From Patescibacteria group bacterium (GTDB lineage Bacteria; Patescibacteriota; Minisyncoccia; Phycocordibacterales; JAKAEA01): 38,456 nt of DNA. Shown here piece after piece: positions 33,249 to 38,456 of this stretch. A model generated the notes under the pieces. It searched no databases and was not told where the DNA came from. It worked only from the letters and a program-made list of their open reading frames with translations. The position numbers were made by a program, and so were the translations under genes. The stretch lies in NCBI GenBank assembly GCA_040387855.1, contig JAZKCY010000001.1:592337-630792 (forward strand), read 5' to 3'. Position 1 is the stretch's first letter. Each line of letters opens with the position of its first letter.

Positions 33249-33968
33249 ATGGAAAATACTATGGAACCCTTAATTTCAGGCGCTGAAAAACTTGGAATTC
33301 GTATAAAAGCAGATCAATTAGAGAAGTTTACTATACTTTTGAATACTCTTTTGGAATGGAATAAGACTATGAATCTTACGGGAATAACTGATCCTAAAGA
33401 AGTGATTATCAAGCATTTCCTAGATTCACTCACCGTGCTTCCTCATATTCCAAACAATGCTCGTACATATATTGATGTGGGAACTGGTGCAGGTTTCCCA
33501 GGACTTGTGGTGGCAATCATGAAGCCAAAACTAAACATTACTCTTTTAGAAGCAGCTGCAAAAAAGGTATCTTACCTGGAAGCATGTATTACTGCTTTAG
33601 AATTGGATCCTGAAAACGTGCAGTCAATTCACGGCAGAGCTGAAGATCTTGCAAAGATGCCAGAATTTCGAGAATCATTTGATATTGGAACTGCACGAGC
33701 TGTAGCACTCCTTCCAACACTTTCTGAATATGTACTTCCACTTATTAAAAAAGATGGTATTTTTATTGCTCAGAAAAAAGCAGGGACTGATGAGGTTGAT
33801 CAAGCTTCTAATGCTATTAAACTTTTGGGAGCTGAAGTAGAGTCTTCACAAGCACTTAATCTCGAAGAATTACCTGAACGACAAATTATAATCATCAAAA
33901 AGATTTCAAAAACTCCCGACATGTATCCACGCCGATCAGGAATGCCACTTAAGAAGCCACTGGTATAA
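33249..33968 (+). CDS. rsmG: 16S rRNA (guanine527-N7)-methyltransferase
   Basis: It has NLTGITDPKEVIIKHFLDSL and the DVGTGAGFPGLVVAI SAM motif. The start at 33249 lies 9 nt downstream of TGcTATAAT (33231-33239). Confidence 0.85.
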   Translation: MENTMEPLISGAEKLGIRIKADQLEKFTILLNTLLEWNKTMNLTGITDPKEVIIKHFLDSLTVLPHIPNNARTYIDVGTGAGFPGLVVAIMKPKLNITLLEAAAKKVSYLEACITALELDPENVQSIHGRAEDLAKMPEFRESFDIGTARAVALLPTLSEYVLPLIKKDGIFIAQKKAGTDEVDQASNAIKLLGAEVESSQALNLEELPERQIIIIKKISKTPDMYPRRSGMPLKKPLV

Positions 33969-33970
33969 AT

Positions 33971-33995
33971 AAAAAAAACCGCAGTGTTAGTGCGG
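33971..33995 (-). terminator. intrinsic terminator overlapping the stop of the 76-aa gene
   Basis: Minus strand CCGCA-ctaacac-TGCGG followed by T8. Confidence 0.5.
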
Positions 33996-34217
33996 CCCTT
34001 GTTTCAAAGCTAATCGGATTTTATCCTGAAAGAAATACGCAAGTATCGATCCCACAAAACAGAATGCTCCTACTAAAGCTAGGAACAGCCCAATTGTGTA
34101 GACATACTTGTATTCTATTTCGGCATACGTGATTCCATCCCTCATCTGACTAAATCCCATTATACAGCCAATGGCCATCAAGATCAGACTCGAGTAGAAA
34201 AGAATTTTCACAAGCAT
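33987..34217 (-). CDS. 76-aa 2-TM membrane protein, hypothetical
   Basis: GGAGG lies 4 nt upstream, and it has its own promoter-like and terminator elements. The compositional contrast with flanking genes is weak. Confidence 0.5.
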   Translation of the reverse strand: MLVKILFYSSLILMAIGCIMGFSQMRDGITYAEIEYKYVYTIGLFLALVGAFCFVGSILAYFFQDKIRLALKQGPH

Positions 34218-34255
34218 CAGACCTCCGTGATTCCCCCTGGTACATTCCTTAAAAC

Positions 34256-34284
34256 AGACTACGGGAAACGCAGAGCTACGTCAA
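34256..34284 (-). promoter_or_regulatory. sigma70-like promoter
   Basis: Minus strand TTGACG-17 nt-TAGTCT, abutting the ABC permease stop. Confidence 0.35.
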
Positions 34285-34285
34285 T

Positions 34286-35074
34286 TTAAACAGAAGAATA
34301 TCGTCGGAAAAGATATCCAGAAAGTGGAATTGCAATTGCAGTAACGGCTACACACCAGATGATTGCCATGGTTGCGTGATTGCCCACAGGAGTTCCTACC
34401 ATATATCCTCGAATCGCTTCGATCACATGTGTCACCGGCTGATTTTCTGCAAAGATTTTCAAAACCTTTGGCATGCCTTCTGTAGGTACGAATGCACTAC
34501 TTGCGAATGTTAAAGGAAATACGGCAACAAATCCCATCCACTGCACAGCTTCAACAGATTTAGCTAAGAGGCCCAACACAGCTGAGAGCCAAGAGATTGC
34601 AAAAGTAAATAAAAGAACTAATGCGAGGATCATGAGCCATTCTGTAAATGTGGCTGTTGGTCGAAAGCCTATAAGGAATGCAACAAGAATAAGCACTGCA
34701 GATGAGATTACGTTTCGTACGAGATCAGCAACAACGTGCCCCACAAGAACAGTTGAACTTGCCATAGGAAGTGATCGGAAACGATCGATGATACCTCGCT
34801 TAAGATCTGTAGCCACACTAATTGATGTGGTCATTGCTCCGAATGCCGCCATTTGAATAAGAATTCCAGCAACAAGAAAGTTTACATAACTTGTTCCTCC
34901 AGTATTAATCGCACCGCCGAAAACATAGCGGAATAGCAACATAAACATCACAGGCTGAATTGCCAACGACATAAGCTGGTCGAGATTCTTGAAGATGTGC
35001 TTAATACTTCTATTTATGAGTACCCAGCAATCACTCATGACCCAATATAAACGTGAATGTGTTGTTTTTTGCAT
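34286..35074 (-). CDS. ABC-2 type exporter permease (DrrB-like)
   Basis: 262 aa, 6 TM segments. It is paired with the upstream ATPase. Confidence 0.85.
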   Translation of the reverse strand: MQKTTHSRLYWVMSDCWVLINRSIKHIFKNLDQLMSLAIQPVMFMLLFRYVFGGAINTGGTSYVNFLVAGILIQMAAFGAMTTSISVATDLKRGIIDRFRSLPMASSTVLVGHVVADLVRNVISSAVLILVAFLIGFRPTATFTEWLMILALVLLFTFAISWLSAVLGLLAKSVEAVQWMGFVAVFPLTFASSAFVPTEGMPKVLKIFAENQPVTHVIEAIRGYMVGTPVGNHATMAIIWCVAVTAIAIPLSGYLFRRYSSV

Positions 35075-35079
35075 GATAT

Positions 35080-36018
35080 TTATTGAGTTTGTTTACCAGT
35101 AAGTTTTAGAAATACATCATCAAGGGTTGGCTTGTGTAATGAAAGACTTTCGATCTGGATTCCCTCTTTCTCAAACATATCAAGCATTCGTTTTACATCG
35201 GCCACACTATTGTTTACAGGCACGGTAATTGCTCGATCTTCTTTATCAAGTACAGCATCAGCATGATTTACAATACTTACAGCCTTTTCAAAGTTGCTAT
35301 TTTTGGCAAGAACTAATTCAAGTCGCTCTTTACCTACCATCGCTTTAAGTTCATCAGAAGTTCCTTCAGCAATTACTTTGCCATGGTTGATCACAGCAAT
35401 TCGATCTGCCAATTTATCTGCTTCTTCCAAATACTGAGTGGTAAGCAAAATAGTTGTTCCATCTTTCTTAAGCTTTTCGATAACTTCCCACATGGCAATT
35501 CTACTTCGTGGATCGAGACCTGTAGTAGGTTCATCAAGAAAAACGATAGGAGGTACAGCAATCAAGCTTGCAGCAAGATCCAATCGTCGTCGCATACCAC
35601 CAGAGTATGTCTTTGCAGCTCTTCCCGCAGCATCTAAAAGATCGAATTGCTCAAGCAATTCTCCTGCTCGTTTCTTACTTTGCTCTTTTGAAAGATGATA
35701 CAAACGCCCCATCATTTCTAAGTTCTCCCATCCGGTGAGAACTTCATCAACAGCAGCATACTGACCAGTGAGACCAATAGACTTTCGTACTTCGTAAGCA
35801 TCGTCAACGACATTAAAGCCATTAACAACAACTTCGCCGCCATCGGGTTTAATAAGCGTACTTAAAATTTTAACCGTAGTTGTTTTACCTGCTCCGTTTG
35901 GTCCAAGTAAAGCCAACATTGTGCCTTTAGGAACATTAATATTAATACCTTCCAATACTTTTAGTTTACCGTATGACTTGGTAAGATTTTTAATTGTAAT
36001 TGCTGAGTTTTCTTGCAT
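35080..36018 (-). CDS. ABC transporter ATP-binding protein (DrrA/daunorubicin-resistance-type)
   Basis: It has Walker A GPNGAGKTT, signature YSGGMRRR and Walker B IVFLDEPT, plus a C-terminal DrrA-like extension. Confidence 0.9.
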   Translation of the reverse strand: MQENSAITIKNLTKSYGKLKVLEGININVPKGTMLALLGPNGAGKTTTVKILSTLIKPDGGEVVVNGFNVVDDAYEVRKSIGLTGQYAAVDEVLTGWENLEMMGRLYHLSKEQSKKRAGELLEQFDLLDAAGRAAKTYSGGMRRRLDLAASLIAVPPIVFLDEPTTGLDPRSRIAMWEVIEKLKKDGTTILLTTQYLEEADKLADRIAVINHGKVIAEGTSDELKAMVGKERLELVLAKNSNFEKAVSIVNHADAVLDKEDRAITVPVNNSVADVKRMLDMFEKEGIQIESLSLHKPTLDDVFLKLTGKQTQ

Positions 36019-36027
36019 TGGACTATA

Positions 36028-36483
36028 CTACTCTTTTTTTGATGGATCGTAAACAGCTACAGTAATAGTAATATCAGCATCCATATGATCATGGAAATAA
36101 TAGGTACCTGTGCGAGCAAAAAACACTTTGAATCCTTCGTCAGCTCCAAATGGTCCAGATTCTATTTGGTCTCCTGACATTTTAGAACTTGTTGCTGTAT
36201 GTTCATGAGTATTACCATAATCATTACCTTTTCCAGAACTTATGTTATGTGTTTTTCCATCTTTACTATCAAACTGCACATATTCACCAATTTTAATCAG
36301 AAGCTCTGCTGGTACTGCTTTATCATCAGTTAGATCAACATAATGGGTTGTTGGAATCTTAATTTCTGATGTACCTAATACAGCATCCTCTTGCCATGAA
36401 TTTTTATTCATAGCATATGCTGTTGCTCCTGCTGTTACTATGACTAAAGCGAGTATACCTAAAGTTATATATTTTTTATTCAT
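36028..36483 (-). CDS. signal-anchored cupredoxin-like protein lacking the Cys ligand
   Basis: 151 aa. The C-terminal GTYYFHDHMDADITITV occupies the place of the type-1 Cu loop C-x-P-H-x-x-M, with His instead of Cys. Confidence 0.45.
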   Translation of the reverse strand: MNKKYITLGILALVIVTAGATAYAMNKNSWQEDAVLGTSEIKIPTTHYVDLTDDKAVPAELLIKIGEYVQFDSKDGKTHNISSGKGNDYGNTHEHTATSSKMSGDQIESGPFGADEGFKVFFARTGTYYFHDHMDADITITVAVYDPSKKE

Positions 36484-36501
36484 GTTTTTATTATTATTTT
36501 A

Positions 36502-37053
36502 TTACTGAGTTACAACTACTGTAGCTTTCATATATGGATGTGGCTCACAGAAATATTCAAATGTTCCAGTCTCATTAAAAGTATATGAGTATGTCTCACC
36601 CTTTCCAAAGAATGCACTTGCGGGGCCTCCATTTGACCCAGTAACTGTGTGCTTTGCAATATCTTCATTTGTCCATGTTACCATTGTGCCTTTCTTTACA
36701 CTGAGTGTTTTAGGCCAATAGTCATAGCCTTTAATACTCACGGCAACAGAATTTGAAGTAGATTTTACAATTGGTGTTGTTGGTTTTGTGGTTGAAGGAG
36801 TTGGCTTAGGAGTAGTAGCTTTAACTGAGGTTGTTGCTTGCACTGAACTTGTAGCAGCATTCATATCATCCATATTTTCCATATCATCATGCATCATTGT
36901 TGTAGATGCATTTGAAGTTGTCATTGGAGTGCTTGTGCTATTCATATTTGTTATAGGAACATCAAGTTCTCGAGACTGCATATTTACAACTGCTACTATA
37001 CCTACAAAAACTAGGGCACTTATGATTGCTATAATTATTATTCTAGAGTTCAT
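36502..37053 (-). CDS. membrane-anchored blue (type 1) copper protein, plastocyanin/amicyanin-like
   Basis: N-terminal TM segment, a T/S/P-rich linker, then a cupredoxin domain with ligands H (AKHTV) and C-x-P-H-x-x-M (FCEPHPYM). Confidence 0.75.
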   Translation of the reverse strand: MNSRIIIIAIISALVFVGIVAVVNMQSRELDVPITNMNSTSTPMTTSNASTTMMHDDMENMDDMNAATSSVQATTSVKATTPKPTPSTTKPTTPIVKSTSNSVAVSIKGYDYWPKTLSVKKGTMVTWTNEDIAKHTVTGSNGGPASAFFGKGETYSYTFNETGTFEYFCEPHPYMKATVVVTQ

Positions 37054-37168
37054 ATATTATTTAGATTAATTTTATTATTATCCTGTAATACTTTACCGAT
37101 ACTCAAGAAGAGCATACTATATCTCCTCTTGAGTCGCAGTCTAATATTCTGCAATCAAATACTTTTAA

Positions 37169-38053
37169 TTAGAACTTTGATGGGTTCTGCTTTACGATAG
37201 CTCCTGAAAGCGCATCTGCAATAGATCCGATCTGAACGAAAGCATCATGCTGATTCTTGTATGATCCAGCAAAATCTCCTGCTCCGTATGTATCTACTGC
37301 GGCTTTAAGGTGTCCAACATGGGCACTTACAAGCTGATGAACTGCTTCTCGTGGGAGGTTTGGATTTGCCTGTGAGAAGAAATCGGAAATAGCATCAACA
37401 TATCCTCCAAGGTTTGCTACAGCTTTATCCATTCCAGCTTTATCTCCTGCCTTTGCTGCTACTGTGTAATCAACAAAGAATCCAATATGGCTTCTCCAGA
37501 TCTGAAGGAACTTTGCTTCTGCATCTGCTCCGTAGATTGATCCAACAGCCTTTGAAAGATCAACTGAGTTCTTATCAAGCTGTCCTGCAGCTGCTTCGAA
37601 ACTCTTATGACCATCAAATCCAGCTCGAACTGCTGCAGATGCGAGATCAACGTGTTCATGCTCTAAAGCATTAAGTAGAACTCGTAGATCTGCCGCTTTT
37701 GTCATAGTGTTTGGCATTCCTGCTGACATAGACGCTGAAGATGATGGAGTAGTTACGGCACCACCAGAAAGCTTTGCTCGGGTTGCAGCATCAAACTTTC
37801 CTGTAACTGGAAGTTTTTGTGTCTCTTGGTATTGCATCACACCAGCCTTAGTAAGTGCTCCAAAATATCCTTTTACTGTTGGTGACATGTATTCATGTTC
37901 CATGAGATATGTCTGGAGTGTTACAACATCTGCACCCCGTGATCCAACCATAAGATCACTATTGATTGTTGTTGCATGTGCTGAAACCATTTGTGCTCCA
38001 GTAAAACTGAAAACAAGAGCTACAACTAATGAACTAACTAATAATTTTTTCAT
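37169..38053 (-). CDS. secreted protein with a PG_binding_1 domain and a C-terminal helical domain of unknown function
   Basis: Signal peptide. GADVVTLQTYL...GYFGALTKAGVMQYQ matches the peptidoglycan-binding repeat. The ~180-aa Ala/His-rich helical C-terminus is unassigned. Confidence 0.6.
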   Translation of the reverse strand: MKKLLVSSLVVALVFSFTGAQMVSAHATTINSDLMVGSRGADVVTLQTYLMEHEYMSPTVKGYFGALTKAGVMQYQETQKLPVTGKFDAATRAKLSGGAVTTPSSSASMSAGMPNTMTKAADLRVLLNALEHEHVDLASAAVRAGFDGHKSFEAAAGQLDKNSVDLSKAVGSIYGADAEAKFLQIWRSHIGFFVDYTVAAKAGDKAGMDKAVANLGGYVDAISDFFSQANPNLPREAVHQLVSAHVGHLKAAVDTYGAGDFAGSYKNQHDAFVQIGSIADALSGAIVKQNPSKF

Positions 38054-38096
38054 GTAATTTATTTAATTAACTTAAGTATTTAGATAAAATTTTTAC

Positions 38097-38453
38097 CTAT
38101 TCTTTACCTTCATAGTTATCAATAATAGTCTGAAGCACCGTGAGATACGCTGCCAAATCTGTTAGTGATGCACCATGAAACAACCGGCGTGTTTTTTCTC
38201 TGAGAATTTTTTCAGTTGAATCTACAAACTCAATTCCCTTTTGAGTTAGACACATGATCTTTGCTCTACTATCCTCAGGATCAGTGACAACCTCAAAAAA
38301 GCCTTTAGGTTTTAATCGATTTACCATTTGAGTTACAAAAGGAGCTTCTACACCAAGTTCATTGGCTAAGATACTCAATCGCAAACCTTTTGGATTTTCT
38401 CTCAGGAGTCCTAAGAACCCCCATTCAACTGTAGAAATATTGGAATCATCCAA
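38097..38453 (-). CDS. MarR family transcriptional regulator (5' end probably beyond the window edge)
   Basis: Winged HTH: LSILANELGVEAPFVTQMVNRLKPKGFFEVVTDPEDSRAKIMCLTQKG. The ORF runs to within 3 nt of the window end, and the first codon in the track is TTG. Confidence 0.7.
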   Translation of the reverse strand: MDDSNISTVEWGFLGLLRENPKGLRLSILANELGVEAPFVTQMVNRLKPKGFFEVVTDPEDSRAKIMCLTQKGIEFVDSTEKILREKTRRLFHGASLTDLAAYLTVLQTIIDNYEGKE

Positions 38454-38456
38454 TAC

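Noticed and set aside
37101-37134. Hairpin ACTCAAGAAGAG...CTCCTCTTGAGT between the PG-binding gene and the cupredoxin gene, considered as a terminator
   Set aside because: No T-run follows on either strand and the stem has a mismatch. It may be a regulatory site, but I cannot support a call.
1-38456. Other short antisense ORFs in AT-rich backbone genes, such as 243-440, 1237-1509, 2562-2753, 3432-3656, 8541-8903, 10233-10445, 13582-14159, 16060-17134, 19676-20537, 22975-23334, 27337-28061, 30181-30959, 31875-32087, 32719-33119, 34473-34856, 35383-35698, 36788-37069 and 37414-38057
   Set aside because: All lie fully inside well-supported conserved genes on the opposite strand or in another frame. 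None has a recognisable motif.
1-38456. Integron, prophage, IS/transposon, CRISPR or ICE as an explanation for the foreign segments
   Set aside because: I found no integrase, transposase or recombinase ORF and no terminal inverted repeats. There are no attC-like imperfect palindromes at cassette ends, no direct-repeat arrays, and no phage structural genes. Integron cassettes are also normally promoterless and clustered, unlike these.

Overview
This 38.5-kb window comes from a low-GC bacterial chromosome (mid-30s % GC judged by eye, not computed). Most conserved genes are on the minus strand. They include zwf and pgl, a GlmU-N-like nucleotidyltransferase, an NhaP-type antiporter, and a PAS histidine kinase with a receiver protein. 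They also include ddl, a co-linear uvrC-uvrA-uvrB set, tgt, FKBP, LOG, PCD, CapA, ArsR, an OmpR regulator, an SdpI-like protein and a PD-(D/E)XK nuclease. The rest are rsmG, a DrrAB-type ABC exporter, two cupredoxins, a PG-binding protein, MarR and one tRNA-Ala(UGC). Compact proteins (416-aa UvrC without HhH) and many SD-less starts with a -10 hexamer 6-9 nt upstream suggest a reduced-genome lineage such as Patescibacteria/CPR. I cannot establish the taxon from sequence alone. The outstanding signal is compositional. Eight or nine sharply bounded high-GC segments (roughly 47-65 % GC by eye) sit exactly in intergenic gaps of the low-GC backbone. Together they carry about 14 small ORFs. Each ORF is a self-contained unit with a sigma70-consensus-like promoter, a GGAGG-type Shine-Dalgarno and a hairpin+T-run terminator. 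Their products include a PEP-CTERM sorting-signal protein with no exosortase in the window, a CsrA domain fused to a Fis-type HTH behind a GGA-hairpin leader, and a GAF protein. They also include an adenylate-kinase-like P-loop protein, a zinc-ribbon protein, several membrane or orphan proteins, and two 56-aa ORFs below the ORF-track cutoff. I saw no integrase, transposase, att/attC repeat, CRISPR or rRNA. The mosaic could be an unusual multi-site acquisition, an assembly chimera, or an engineered or in silico composite. Sequence alone cannot distinguish these.
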